Notes: generated by a model from the letters alone, not told the origin. Shown: positions 1 to 8,807, counted from the first letter of the stretch. The stretch is DNA of 53,473 nt from Dehalococcoidales bacterium (GCA_034409905.1 DAOUMR010000080.1:1-53473); one strand, 5' to 3'. A program made the numbers and translations.

Positions 1-1
1 T

Positions 2-430
2 ATCTTCGTACTCGAGGACGGCGATGTCCTTGAGTTAGGCCCCAACGGGGGCAAGGTGACGGGCAAGGTCAGCTCGGGCAACGTCTATGTCGACGGCCTG
101 AGCGTGGGCGACATCGGCAGCGTGGTCTTGCGCAACCGCCGTATGCTCTCCCGCGACGGCATCGTGGTGGTGATTATCGCCACCAACCGCCAGACGGGCA
201 AGCTGGTGGGGAGGCCCGATATCGTCTCCCGCGGCTTTGTCGATACCAGGGAATCTAAAGACATGATTGAAGAGAGCCGCGACCTGGTAGCCAAGGCTTT
301 CGACCACAGCGGCGGCCGTCCCGCCGACTGGGACTATTTCAACACCAAGGTCAGGGACATACTGAACAGGTTCTACTATGACCAGACCAATCGCCGACCC
401 ATGATTCTGCCGGTTGTGGTCAAGGTGTAG
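2..430 (+). CDS. rnj: Ribonuclease J, C-terminal part (5' end lies outside the window)
   Basis: Frame 2 is open from the window edge to TAG 428-430. The translation (IFVLEDGDVLELGPNGGKVTGKVSSGNVYVDGLSVGDIGSVVLRNRRMLSRDGIVVVI...DIVSRGFV) looks like the conserved RNase J C-terminal region. The GTG at 56 in the ORF track is internal. Confidence 0.7.
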   Translation: MFVLEDGDVLELGPNGGKVTGKVSSGNVYVDGLSVGDIGSVVLRNRRMLSRDGIVVVIIATNRQTGKLVGRPDIVSRGFVDTRESKDMIEESRDLVAKAFDHSGGRPADWDYFNTKVRDILNRFYYDQTNRRPMILPVVVKV

Positions 431-432
431 GC

Positions 433-2622
433 ATGGCTAAGAAGCGAGCCACTACCAAGCGTCAGCCCCGCTCTCAGACCGCCAAGCCCAAGGGGGGTTC
501 GGGGGGCAACCGCGCTTCTCGCTTCATCTTTTCGGCGCCGGTGCGCCGACTGATACTGACTGTCATCTTCCTGGGGCTGCTCATCTGGCAGTGGACCAAT
601 ATAACTAACTGGCTGGACAGCGTCTGGAGCGGCACCACCGACCTCTTCGGCTGGGGGCTGCTCTTCTTCTTTCTTGCCCTCGGCTTTATCATCGGGGTGA
701 TATGGGGACGGCGGGTGCTGGCCGTTATCTACCACTGGAACCAGTGGCTGGGCGCCGTCGCCTTTATCTTCGTCGTCTGGGGGATACTGGCCTTCGCGGG
801 GCTGGGGGGCAGCTTCGGCGAGGGCATTATCGGCGACTCCGGCGTCGGCGGAGTCTTCAGGCTCCTGGGGCTGGTGCTCCTGGGTATCATCTTAATCGCC
901 CCCGGCTTTTGCTGGCGGCTTATTAAAAGATTCTTTAGATGGGTCAGGAGCAAGCGCCCTGAGCCCCGAGAAAGGGTCTATGTCGAGCCCAGCCCTCTGG
1001 ATAGGCCGCTGGAACCCACGGTGATTACCCAGCCGCCGATGGCCAAGCCGCCCGATATCGAGCCGGCTGCGCCCGTGGTGACGCCGGCGATTACCCCCAC
1101 CCCTGGCCAGCAGGAGCTGAAGCAGGTGGCTCAGGAGGTCTGGAAGAAGTACGGCGAGTCTCCTTCGCTGGTTACCGTTGACGGCTGGAGATTGCCGCCC
1201 ATCGATATCCTGGATAACATCCCCGACGTCGAGTTCGGGCAGGCGGATAACATGCAGCGCGCCCGTCTCATCGAGGAGGCTTTAACCAGCTACGGCGTCG
1301 CCGCCAAGGTGGTGCAGATAAACGCGGGGCCGGTGGTGACCCAGTTCGGCGTCGAGCCGGGTTGGGACCGCAAGATGAGGGAGGTCAGGGAGCGGGATAA
1401 AGATGGCAACATCAAGGTGAAGCAGGAGGAGGTCTCCAAGACCCGGGTCAAGGTGGAACGGATTACCTCGCTTTCTAACGACCTGGCTCTAGCTTTAGCC
1501 GCCCCCAGCATCCGCATCGAAGCCCCCGTGCCGGGCAAATCATTAGTGGGCATCGAGGTGCCCAATACCATCTACGGGCTGGTGAGCCTGCGCGGAGTGG
1601 TCGAGACCAGCGTCTTCCAGAAGCTCAAGCCCAAGGCCAAGCTTACGCTGGCGCTGGGCAAGGGGGCGGGTGGGGAGGCGGTGGCCGCCGACCTTTCCCG
1701 GATGCCTCACCTGCTCATTGCGGGGGCTACGGGCAGCGGCAAGACCGTCTGCCTTAACTCCATTATCTGCTGTCTGCTGCTGCACTATACGCCCAACGAC
1801 CTGCGCTTTATTATGATTGACCCCAAGCGGGTGGAGATGACGCCCTTTAACAGCATACCGCACCTGGCCACGCCGGTTATCGTTGATACCAACAAGGCGC
1901 TGGGCACGCTGCGCTGGCTAAATCAGGAGATGGATAAGCGCTACCTGAAGCTGGCCGCCGACGGCTCGCGCAACATCGAGGGCTATAACAAGAGCCGCCA
2001 GGGCGCTGAGAAGTTTCCCTACCTGGTGCTGGTCATTGACGAGCTGGCCGACCTGATGATGGCCGGCTTCGACGAGGTGGAGCACGTCCTCTGCCGTCTG
2101 GCCCAGCTGGCCCGCGCCACGGGCATTCACCTTATCGTGGCCACGCAGCGGCCCTCGGTGGACGTGGTCACGGGCTTGATTAAAGCCAACTTTCCCACCC
2201 GCATCAGCTTCGCCGTCACCTCCCAGGTGGACTCGCGCACTATCCTCGATATGGGGGGCGCCGAGAAGCTCTTGGGGAGGGGTGATATGCTCTATATGCC
2301 CACCGAGGCGGCCAAACCCAAGCGCCTGCAGGGCTGCTATGTCTCCGACAACGAGAGGGAGAGGCTGGTCTATTTTTGGAGCAGCCAGCAAAAAGAGGAA
2401 GCGCCGCCGCTAAGGATTGAGGAGATTAGCGCCCCCGCCCCGGGTATGGGGAGGACCTATCCGCCCGACCCGCTGCTCGAAGCCGCCCGACAGCTGGCCC
2501 GGGAGCACGACCACATCTCCACCTCTTTCCTGCAGAGGCGGCTGCGCATCGGCTATCCCCGCGCCGCCCGTATCATGGAGCAGCTCGAAGAGGAAGGGTA
2601 CAAGCGGGATGAGGGAGTCTAG
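433..2622 (+). CDS. ftsK: DNA translocase FtsK/SpoIIIE
   Basis: 729 aa. N-terminal multi-TM region, Pro-rich linker, motor domain with Walker A GATGSGKT and Walker B LVLVIDELADL, and a C-terminal gamma winged helix (YPRAARIMEQLEEEG). The ATG lies 2 nt after the rnj stop. Confidence 0.9.
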   Translation: MAKKRATTKRQPRSQTAKPKGGSGGNRASRFIFSAPVRRLILTVIFLGLLIWQWTNITNWLDSVWSGTTDLFGWGLLFFFLALGFIIGVIWGRRVLAVIYHWNQWLGAVAFIFVVWGILAFAGLGGSFGEGIIGDSGVGGVFRLLGLVLLGIILIAPGFCWRLIKRFFRWVRSKRPEPRERVYVEPSPLDRPLEPTVITQPPMAKPPDIEPAAPVVTPAITPTPGQQELKQVAQEVWKKYGESPSLVTVDGWRLPPIDILDNIPDVEFGQADNMQRARLIEEALTSYGVAAKVVQINAGPVVTQFGVEPGWDRKMREVRERDKDGNIKVKQEEVSKTRVKVERITSLSNDLALALAAPSIRIEAPVPGKSLVGIEVPNTIYGLVSLRGVVETSVFQKLKPKAKLTLALGKGAGGEAVAADLSRMPHLLIAGATGSGKTVCLNSIICCLLLHYTPNDLRFIMIDPKRVEMTPFNSIPHLATPVIVDTNKALGTLRWLNQEMDKRYLKLAADGSRNIEGYNKSRQGAEKFPYLVLVIDELADLMMAGFDEVEHVLCRLAQLARATGIHLIVATQRPSVDVVTGLIKANFPTRISFAVTSQVDSRTILDMGGAEKLLGRGDMLYMPTEAAKPKRLQGCYVSDNERERLVYFWSSQQKEEAPPLRIEEISAPAPGMGRTYPPDPLLEAARQLAREHDHISTSFLQRRLRIGYPRAARIMEQLEEEGYKRDEGV

Positions 2623-2625
2623 CCC

Positions 2626-2883
2626 CTATTTCTTGCTCTTGAAATACACACCCAACGCCCAAGAGATCCAGAAAGACAGGCCAGCCAGGTGAAATACGAT
2701 GGCCAGCATGAACCAGGCCATCATGGTCAGGCCGAGGGTGCCGTTGGTGGCATCAGCAATGATGCCCAATATGACGAATGCAAAGCCAAGAAACCAGAGA
2801 GTACCACCCCACATCCCCGATGCACCTGTCATTTTCGTTACCCACTTAGGGTCAGAGCGTTTCTCCATAAAGCTTTGTGCCAT
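2626..2883 (-). CDS. Small 2-TM membrane protein (85 aa)
   Basis: ORF with SD AAGGGAGG upstream and two hydrophobic helices. Resembles the next ORF (LGIIADATNG... vs LGLVSGFTDDTVG...). Confidence 0.5.
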   Translation of the reverse strand: MAQSFMEKRSDPKWVTKMTGASGMWGGTLWFLGFAFVILGIIADATNGTLGLTMMAWFMLAIVFHLAGLSFWISWALGVYFKSKK

Positions 2884-2947
2884 GGCTATTCCTCCCTTTT
2901 TGGGTTAAATATATTAATATATTAAATTTACCCTCTGCCGGAGGCTG

Positions 2948-3187
2948 TCATTCCTTGGCTGCGGTGTAGGCGCAGAGCCACGACCATATCGCCCATATCC
3001 AGAGGGCAATCGTTACCAGGAACCACTCGGTTGACCACATGCCGACGGTGTCATCGGTAAAGCCGCTTACTAAGCCCAGTATCAGGCAGATTAAGCCGAT
3101 AATCTCCAGGACAAGCGCCACCGTCGCGTGGAACTTGGGGCCTCTACCGAAGAGCAGAAACTTCAACTCCTTGGGGACTGCCGCCAT
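2948..3187 (-). CDS. Small 2-TM membrane protein (79 aa), likely paralog of 2626-2883
   Basis: SD AAGGAGG 7 nt upstream of the ATG. Two TM helices and a Trp-rich C-terminal helix. Confidence 0.5.
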   Translation of the reverse strand: MAAVPKELKFLLFGRGPKFHATVALVLEIIGLICLILGLVSGFTDDTVGMWSTEWFLVTIALWIWAIWSWLCAYTAAKE

Positions 3188-3233
3188 TTTGTTGCCTCCT
3201 TAAATAAAGTTACAGTTTGTTTTTAGCCCTGTC

Positions 3234-3410
3234 TTAAAGGCCTTGAACCATATAGAGGATAATACCCACTCCCAGGACTGTCAGGGTAAACGGGCAGGGT
3301 AGGGGCCAGTCCTTCTTTACGGGATTGGGGCGACCAGCGAACATAAGCGCCGCATCGAAGAGCAACAGCGCCCCAGCAATGATGAGGATTATTTGGGAAG
3401 CGAGCAGCAT
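3234..3410 (-). CDS. Small 2-TM membrane peptide (58 aa), below the ORF-track cutoff
   Basis: Hand translation: MLLASQIILIIAGALLLFDAALMFAGRPNPVKKDWPLPCPFTLTVLGVGIILYMVQGL, stop TAA 3234-3236. SD AAGGAGG about 6 nt upstream of the ATG at 3410. Confidence 0.35.
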   Translation of the reverse strand: MLLASQIILIIAGALLLFDAALMFAGRPNPVKKDWPLPCPFTLTVLGVGIILYMVQGL

Positions 3411-3469
3411 ATCTGAACCTCCTTGTTTATTTAGCTGCTTTTAATTGTACTACTGAATCAGGGGTTGTC

Positions 3470-3598
3470 AATGGGGTATCTTTGCCCCGCCCCCCGTTTT
3501 TAATCTTTTCCCGCCCCCCGATTTTAATCTATTCCCGCCCGCCGCCCTTTAATGAAAAGAGGGGGCTTTTAGCCCCCTCTTAAAAACACCCCCGATGT
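3470..3598. repeat. Mosaic intergenic repeat cluster R1 (modules X, X, H)
   Basis: CCCCGTTTTTAATCTTTTCCCGCC, then CCCCGATTTTAATCTATTCCCGCCCGCCGCCC, then hairpin AAGAGGGGGC-ttta-GCCCCCTCTT. The same modules recur in R4, R5, R6, R10 and R14. Confidence 0.8.
3551..3581 (-). terminator. Intrinsic terminator candidate for the 3605-4018 gene (the H-module hairpin)
   Basis: On the minus strand: AAGAGGGGGC-uaaaa-GCCCCCUCUU followed by UUCAUU, about 25 nt after the stop codon. Confidence 0.45.
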
Positions 3599-3604
3599 TA
3601 CTTT

Positions 3605-4018
3605 TTAATCACCTGACCATTTCTCCCAACCATCGATTTTCAATTCCATAGCCTCAAGAACCCGCTCCTTTTGTTCTTTGGACTGAGGTGGGAAACCCTG
3701 CGCTTCTAGCGCTTTATCCATGTAATGAGTAAATTGTAGAGACCGGAAATTCATAAGACCTTTTAATTTTCCCATATCTAAAGCAATCATATAGCAAAAC
3801 CCTTGAATTGTTTCACAGCATATTTCAATTCGTTTTCTTGAGATTTCAGAGATTTGAGCAAGTTTCTCATTATCAAAAACCATGGCTTTCATGATTTCCG
3901 TATCAGATGCGTTTGGGTTTTTGGATTTAGATTCTGGATATAGGACAGTAACCTCTTTCGCCAATCGTTGAGCTTCTTTTTTCATGCTACGTTGCATAAG
4001 CCAATTAATAATCCCCAT
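3605..4018 (-). CDS. Hypothetical protein (137 aa), AT-rich orphan
   Basis: ORF track gives 3605-4027 with a GTG start. The ATG at 4018 has SD GGAGA about 9 nt upstream. Visibly lower GC than its neighbours. I recognise no family motif. Confidence 0.55.
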   Translation of the reverse strand: MGIINWLMQRSMKKEAQRLAKEVTVLYPESKSKNPNASDTEIMKAMVFDNEKLAQISEISRKRIEICCETIQGFCYMIALDMGKLKGLMNFRSLQFTHYMDKALEAQGFPPQSKEQKERVLEAMELKIDGWEKWSGD

Positions 4019-4055
4019 AGCTGTCACTCTCCGAAAGTTAATTTCATGTTATTAC

Positions 4056-4199
4056 TTATTTCTCCCTTCCCCTCCCCAGCCTCTTCATAATCGCATCCAT
4101 GTAAACCCGCGCCAGGTTCTTGCCGTGCTTGGCTATGCGCTCCCGCTTCTTCTTCAGCTTCTTCTCCCGCCGTTCCTGGCGGGTTTCCTCGTCAGTCAT
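4056..4199 (-). CDS. Small highly basic protein (47 aa), start overlaps the uvrB stop
   Basis: [47 protein letters not shown]. Its ATG lies inside AAAAATGACTGA, the last codons of uvrB (8-nt overlap), which suggests translational coupling. Confidence 0.4.
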   Translation of the reverse strand: MTDEETRQERREKKLKKKRERIAKHGKNLARVYMDAIMKRLGRGREK

Positions 4200-6192
4200 T
4201 TTTTGACTCCACAATCTCCACCGGTTCGAACTCCTTGCGCAATTCAACGATGCGGTCCCTGATTAACGCCGCCTTTTCGAACTCAAGGTTGCGGGCGGCG
4301 GTCTTCATCTGCCCCTCAAGCTCCTTAATCAAGCGGGTGACGTCCTCGCGGGTGTGGGGGGCGGTGACATCATAGACGGCGCGGACCTCGGCGGCGACCT
4401 TGACCCGCTCGGTGATGTCCCTGATGGCTTTGCGGATGCCCTGCGGGGTGATGCCGTGCTCCTGGTTATAGTCCTCCTGGATGCGGCGGCGGCGCTGGGT
4501 CTCGTCAATGGCGGCCTGCATCGAGCTGGTGATGGTGTCGGCGTACATGATGACGTGGCCGTCAATGTGGCGGGCGGCGCGGCCCATCGTCTGAATCAGG
4601 GCGCCCTCCGACCTGAGGTAGCCCTCTTTATCGGCATCTAAAATCGCCACCAGGCTGACCTCGGGCAGGTCGAGCCCTTCGCGCAGCAGGTTTATGCCCA
4701 CCACCACGTCGTAAACGCCCAGCCTGAGGTCGCGCAGGATTTCCACCCTCTCCAAAGTATCAATCTCCGAGTGCAAATAGTGGGTCTTGACGCCCATCTC
4801 GATTAAATAATCGGCCAGCTCCTCGGCCATGCGCTTGGTCAAAGTGGTCACCAGGCAGCGCTCCTTTTTGTCCACGCGGGCCTTAATCTGTTCGAGGAGG
4901 TCGTCGATTTGCCCCTTGGTCGGCTTGATTTCCACCGTCGGCTCCAAAAGCCCGGTGGGGCGGACCAACTGCTCGACGACCTGGCTACTGTGCTTGTACT
5001 CGTACTCGCCCGGTGTGGCCGAGGTATAGACGACCTGGTTTACGCGCTGCCCGAACTCGGTGAAGTTCAGGGGGCGGTTGTCCAAAGCCGAGGGCAGGCG
5101 AAAGCCGTACTCCACCAGCGTTTCCTTGCGGGCGACGTCGCCGTGGTACATGCCGCGAATCTGGGGGATGGTCATGTGCGACTCGTCGATGAAGAGGAGA
5201 AAATCCTTGGGGAAGTAGTCCAAAAGCGTGGCCGGGGGGCTGCCGGGGGGTCTCTGCGCCAGGTGGCGGGAGTAGTTCTCCACGGCGTGGCAGTAGCCAG
5301 CCTCTTTGAGCATCTCAAGGTCGTAGTTGGTGCGGGCTTCGAGCCGGGCCGCCTCCAGAAGCTTGCCCTGAGCTTTTAGCTCGAATAGACGCTCGGCCAG
5401 TTCCTCTTTAATGCTCTCGATGGCCGTCATCAGCTTGTTGTGGGAGGTGACGAAGTGTTTGGCGGGATAGACGCTCACCGATTCCATCTCGCTGAGCATC
5501 TCACCGGTGAGGGGGTCTATCTCAATGATGCGCTCCAAAGTGTCGCCGAAGAACTCTATCCTCAGCGCCAGTTCCTCGTAGGCGGGCTGAATCTCCAGGG
5601 TATCGCCGCGCACGCGGAACTTGCCCCGCGTGAAGTCGATGTCGTTGCGCTCGTACTGCATGTCCACCAGCTGGCGCAGTAGTGTTTCTCTGCGGTAGCC
5701 CTCGCCGCGCTTTAGGCTTAAGACGAAGCCGAGGTATTCCTCGGGCTCGCCGAGCCCGTAGATGCAGGAGACCGAAGCCACGATGACCACGTCCCGCCGC
5801 TCGAAGAGGGAACGGGTGGCGGCGTGGCGCAGCTTGTCAATCTCCTCGTTGATTTCAATCTCCTTCTCGATGAAGGTGTCGGTGCGGGGGAGATAGGCCT
5901 CGGGCTGGTAGTAATCGTAATAGCTGACGAAGTACTCCACGGCGTTTTCGGGGAAGAACTCCTTGAACTCGGTGGAGAGCTGGGCAGCCAGCGTTTTATT
6001 ATGGCAGATGACCAGCGTGGGCCTTTGCACCCGAGCGATGACGTTGGCCATGGTGAAGGTCTTGCCGCTGCCGGTGACGCCGAGCAGCGTCTGGTGCTTG
6101 TAGTCTTTTTCCAGACCTTCCACCAGCTTATCCACGGCCTGGGGCTGGTCGCCCGTCATTCTGAAGTCGGAGACAATCTTGAAGTCGGACAT
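4192..6192 (-). CDS. uvrB: Excinuclease ABC subunit B
   Basis: Start taken at [10 protein letters not shown]... (ATG 6190-6192) rather than the ORF-track start at 6276. Walker [13 protein letters not shown] box (FIDESHMT), helicase motifs and the C-terminal UVR domain ([14 protein letters not shown]). Confidence 0.93.
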   Translation of the reverse strand: MSDFKIVSDFRMTGDQPQAVDKLVEGLEKDYKHQTLLGVTGSGKTFTMANVIARVQRPTLVICHNKTLAAQLSTEFKEFFPENAVEYFVSYYDYYQPEAYLPRTDTFIEKEIEINEEIDKLRHAATRSLFERRDVVIVASVSCIYGLGEPEEYLGFVLSLKRGEGYRRETLLRQLVDMQYERNDIDFTRGKFRVRGDTLEIQPAYEELALRIEFFGDTLERIIEIDPLTGEMLSEMESVSVYPAKHFVTSHNKLMTAIESIKEELAERLFELKAQGKLLEAARLEARTNYDLEMLKEAGYCHAVENYSRHLAQRPPGSPPATLLDYFPKDFLLFIDESHMTIPQIRGMYHGDVARKETLVEYGFRLPSALDNRPLNFTEFGQRVNQVVYTSATPGEYEYKHSSQVVEQLVRPTGLLEPTVEIKPTKGQIDDLLEQIKARVDKKERCLVTTLTKRMAEELADYLIEMGVKTHYLHSEIDTLERVEILRDLRLGVYDVVVGINLLREGLDLPEVSLVAILDADKEGYLRSEGALIQTMGRAARHIDGHVIMYADTITSSMQAAIDETQRRRRIQEDYNQEHGITPQGIRKAIRDITERVKVAAEVRAVYDVTAPHTREDVTRLIKELEGQMKTAARNLEFEKAALIRDRIVELRKEFEPVEIVESKND

Positions 6193-6198
6193 ACTAAT

Positions 6199-6227
6199 AG
6201 TATAGCTTTTGGGGATAGCGCTGACAA
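6199..6227 (-). promoter_or_regulatory. Sigma70-type promoter placing the uvrB transcription start at or near its ATG (leaderless)
   Basis: Minus strand: TTGTCA (6222-6227), 17 nt, TATACT (6199-6204), 6 nt, ATG. No SD between the -10 box and the ATG. Confidence 0.45.
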
Positions 6228-6233
6228 CGCCTA

Positions 6234-6261
6234 TTGACAGGGCGCGGGTTATTCTTATAGA
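6234..6261 (+). promoter_or_regulatory. Sigma70-type promoter for the dodecin gene
   Basis: TTGACA (6234-6239), 16 nt, TATAGA (6256-6261). Downstream SD AAGGAGGG, then ATG at 6312. Confidence 0.45.
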
Positions 6262-6311
6262 CTGAGTCATCCACATATGCGGAGCAACTGGCTCTAAAGA
6301 AGGAGGGTTAT

Positions 6312-6524
6312 ATGTCGGACAGCGTTTACAAGATAATTACGCTGGTGGGCACCAGCCCCAAGTCCTGGGAGGACGCGGCCAGGGAGGCGGTGGAGACCGC
6401 GGCCAAGACGCTGCGCGACCTGCGCATCGCCGAGGTCGAGGAGCTGGATATGCAGATTGACAAGGGCAAGGTTATCAGCTACCGCGCCAAGATAAGGGTC
6501 TCCTTTAAGTACGAGGGGAAATAG
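6312..6524 (+). CDS. Dodecin family flavin-binding protein
   Basis: 70 aa: [49 protein letters not shown]...[12 protein letters not shown], the typical dodecin pattern. Confidence 0.8.
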   Translation: MSDSVYKIITLVGTSPKSWEDAAREAVETAAKTLRDLRIAEVEELDMQIDKGKVISYRAKIRVSFKYEGK

Positions 6525-6559
6525 CCCGGTAGCTTAAAAGCTGAATATTAAGAGACGTT

Positions 6560-6591
6560 GGGGAGGGGCGTTTACCCCTCCCCGATTTTTT
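6560..6591 (+). terminator. Rho-independent terminator after the dodecin gene
   Basis: GGGGAGGGG-cgttta-CCCCTCCCC followed by GATTTTTT. Confidence 0.6.
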
Positions 6592-6856
6592 AGGGTCGGG
6601 CGTATTTGCGGCAGCCGTACCAGTAGATGGCAGCGAGCGTCAGTCCGTAGCCGATGATGCGGGTGACGAGCATAACGACTTCCTGGCTTTCATCTATGCC
6701 GATGATGGTGAACAGGTGCGAGACGCCGAAAAAGCCGAAGGCGACGCCGATGAACAGGGGCCAGAGCCTTCTCATCTTTGAGTAGGCGGTGATGCCCAGG
6801 CACAGGATTATGATGCAGAAGATTAGGTTGATGAGAACTATCGGGTCTATATCCAT
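6590..6856 (-). CDS. Small 3-TM membrane protein (88 aa)
   Basis: Hydrophobic ORF with SD AAAGGAGC upstream of the ATG at 6856. Confidence 0.5.
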   Translation of the reverse strand: MDIDPIVLINLIFCIIILCLGITAYSKMRRLWPLFIGVAFGFFGVSHLFTIIGIDESQEVVMLVTRIIGYGLTLAAIYWYGCRKYARP

Positions 6857-6904
6857 TTTTTAGCTCCTTTTGGGGAGTGGGGTGCTCTAGTTAGTAGTAT
6901 AGCG

Positions 6905-7104
6905 GATTGGGGGGTGGTTATCTACCTCACCCACTTTAGCCCTAAAAAATCTGCGATTTTTCAGGGAACCCGGATTTTTATCAACCTCACCCCCTGTGTC
7001 CCCCTCTCCTTACGAGGGGTCAAAGGAGAGGGGGAATTATTTTTTCTTAGAGAGGGGCTTCGCCCCTCTTAAACTCCCTGTTGGGGGGTGGGGGAGAGAA
7101 TAGA
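6905..7104. repeat. Mosaic intergenic repeat cluster R2
   Basis: Degenerate X-like boxes. A 12-bp-stem hairpin CCCCCTCTCCTT/AAGGAGAGGGGG (7000-7034) followed by a T-run. H hairpin (7050-7070). A reversed X-like box (GGGGGGTGGGGGAGAGAATAGATTA). Confidence 0.65.
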
Positions 7105-8094
7105 TTAAGAGGAGGGAAAGGGTATATTGTCTTTTACAGTCGTTTCGAATGGTGCTAATTCACTCTTGATTTTAGCAAGTTCGGTCTTACCTAAATAGAA
7201 TTCAATCAATGTGTTAATTCCTGCAATGATGACTTTAGTTAACTGAAGGAGGTCTTTATAGTGGGAGCATGCACTCCCCACGTCGTTCGTGCCAGATCGA
7301 TACATAATGGGATTAGCGTAGTTCGAACGACTGCGCATTCTGTATAGGAAGTCGCAGATGGAAGTAGCATGCATTTTGCTACAAATCTCTTTGTACTCTT
7401 CTCCGCAAATATTATGCCTTGTATGGCTTGCTTTTATTTTTTGCTTGTCCATTCGCCGCTTTTTATATTCGTCATTTAATTTTCTATATCGGGTTGTGGA
7501 TAAGCTTTTCCCAATAAAATCGTCAATCTTATCTGGTACCGGGTTTGCCAAGTTTATTTGTGCCATGACTTCAGTTGCTGAAGTGTCAAGATTTATAAAT
7601 GAAAAATTAGCTGGCTTTGGGCCACCTGTACATAAGCCGTTGAATGGATAAGGAAAGAGTCCTCTTAATACAGCGTCATGAAAAGCTTGGAGAAAATATC
7701 TATGAGTTACATACTTTGGAGGATCTTGCATTCGGATTGCTATCAAAGCTAAACCTACACCGTGAATGGCATAATAGGAAAGCACGGGTAGCCAGATATT
7801 TGCTGTAAATGTAAGCTCTGGGTATTTATCTACAGGCAAATCATTCATTAATTGAAGAGTAAGAAACCCGCGGAAATAGCTCCCTTTATCAAAATTATCC
7901 TTGTATATTTCAGGTTGCTTGGAATTACTAGCTATTCTGCTAATTTCATCTATAAACGCGTTTTCTGAGTTACCGTATTTTTGCTTATATGCGATATTCC
8001 ATGCCTTTATATAGTTGTAATAGGTGGTGAGGGGTAAGCTCTCTTCCGTTGAATCTTGGTCAGAGCTCGTTATTACTTCTATTGGTTTTGTCAT
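7105..8094 (-). CDS. Hypothetical protein (329 aa), AT-rich orphan
   Basis: Long ORF in a clearly AT-rich patch with an AGGGA RBS just upstream. No TM segments. I can assign no family motif. It contains RYFLQAFH (R-x6-H) and LYRMRSRSNYANP. Confidence 0.6.
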   Translation of the reverse strand: MTKPIEVITSSDQDSTEESLPLTTYYNYIKAWNIAYKQKYGNSENAFIDEISRIASNSKQPEIYKDNFDKGSYFRGFLTLQLMNDLPVDKYPELTFTANIWLPVLSYYAIHGVGLALIAIRMQDPPKYVTHRYFLQAFHDAVLRGLFPYPFNGLCTGGPKPANFSFINLDTSATEVMAQINLANPVPDKIDDFIGKSLSTTRYRKLNDEYKKRRMDKQKIKASHTRHNICGEEYKEICSKMHATSICDFLYRMRSRSNYANPIMYRSGTNDVGSACSHYKDLLQLTKVIIAGINTLIEFYLGKTELAKIKSELAPFETTVKDNIPFPSS

Positions 8095-8124
8095 TTCCCT
8101 GAGTCTTCGCGGGCTAAAAGATTT

Positions 8125-8259
8125 TTATTTCTTTCCTTTTTTCTCTCTTTGTGATAATGCGCTGCCCGCTGCAGATTTGGAAGCTTTCCCTGTGCTCTTG
8201 CTTCTCAGGACTTTTGAGGCTTTTGATGCGACTCTTGGACTGGTGACTTTCTTTGCCAT
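8125..8259 (-). CDS. Small Lys/Ser/Ala-rich basic protein (44 aa), below the ORF-track cutoff
   Basis: Hand translation: MAKKVTSPRVASKASKVLRSKSTGKASKSAAGSALSQREKKGKK. SD GGGAGGGG 4-5 nt upstream of the ATG at 8259. Confidence 0.4.
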   Translation of the reverse strand: MAKKVTSPRVASKASKVLRSKSTGKASKSAAGSALSQREKKGKK

Positions 8260-8310
8260 TTTACCCCTCCCTGTCCATTTTATCCCCACCAGCATTATAC
8301 CACCCCTCGT

Positions 8311-8796
8311 CTACTCCCCCTCCCCCGTCTCCACCTCCTCGGCAATGCCGATGCGCTTCACCGAGAGGGGCACATAATTCACCATCTTGCACTCGATGAG
8401 GTCTTTGAGCTCCTTTTCGGCGGGGGAAAGCGCCGCCTTTTCCGTCTTGACCTCGATGAAGTCAATGCCCTCGCCGTATTTAATGCCGACGAAGTCAACC
8501 GGGTTGCCGCCGAGATAAAAAAGCCTGTCGTAGTGCGTCAGCTCCAGAGTAGCCAGAAGCTCGTTGAGCTTGCCGGCCCTGACCGCCTCGCTGGAGGTAA
8601 TAGATTTAAGGACATCGCGGGGGAGGCTTTCCAGTATGCGCTGAATCTCCCGCACCGAGTCCGCCGAAGCCAGAGCGAAGCGGAGCTTGTTAGCCAGCTC
8701 GTCAATGTCGGTGGCGGGGGCTTTGCGCGCCCGGAAAATCAAGACCAGGATTACGATAACGAGGAGGAAGATTACGGACAAGAGGGCATATTCCAT
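8311..8796 (-). CDS. Membrane-anchored endonuclease related to archaeal Holliday junction resolvase (COG4741-like, from memory)
   Basis: 161 aa. N-terminal TM anchor (LLSVIFLLVIVILVLIF), then ...LFYLGGNPVDFVGIKYGEGIDFIEVKTEKAALSPAEKELKDLIE, the D...E-x-K nuclease-fold pattern I associate with this family. Confidence 0.55.
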   Translation of the reverse strand: MEYALLSVIFLLVIVILVLIFRARKAPATDIDELANKLRFALASADSVREIQRILESLPRDVLKSITSSEAVRAGKLNELLATLELTHYDRLFYLGGNPVDFVGIKYGEGIDFIEVKTEKAALSPAEKELKDLIECKMVNYVPLSVKRIGIAEEVETGEGE

Positions 8797-8807
8797 TTTG
8801 TCTCCTT

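Noticed and set aside
6193-6276. Longer uvrB start (ORF track start at 6276)
   Set aside because: The extra 28 codons ([16 protein letters not shown]...) have no counterpart in UvrB proteins and would overlap the divergent promoter region. Conserved UvrB sequence starts at [10 protein letters not shown].
7000-7046. Strong plus-strand terminator-like hairpin (CCCCCTCTCCTT/AAGGAGAGGGGG plus T-run) in R2
   Set aside because: No plus-strand gene lies upstream of it, so I treat it as part of the repeat cluster rather than a functional terminator. It is left unannotated as a terminator.
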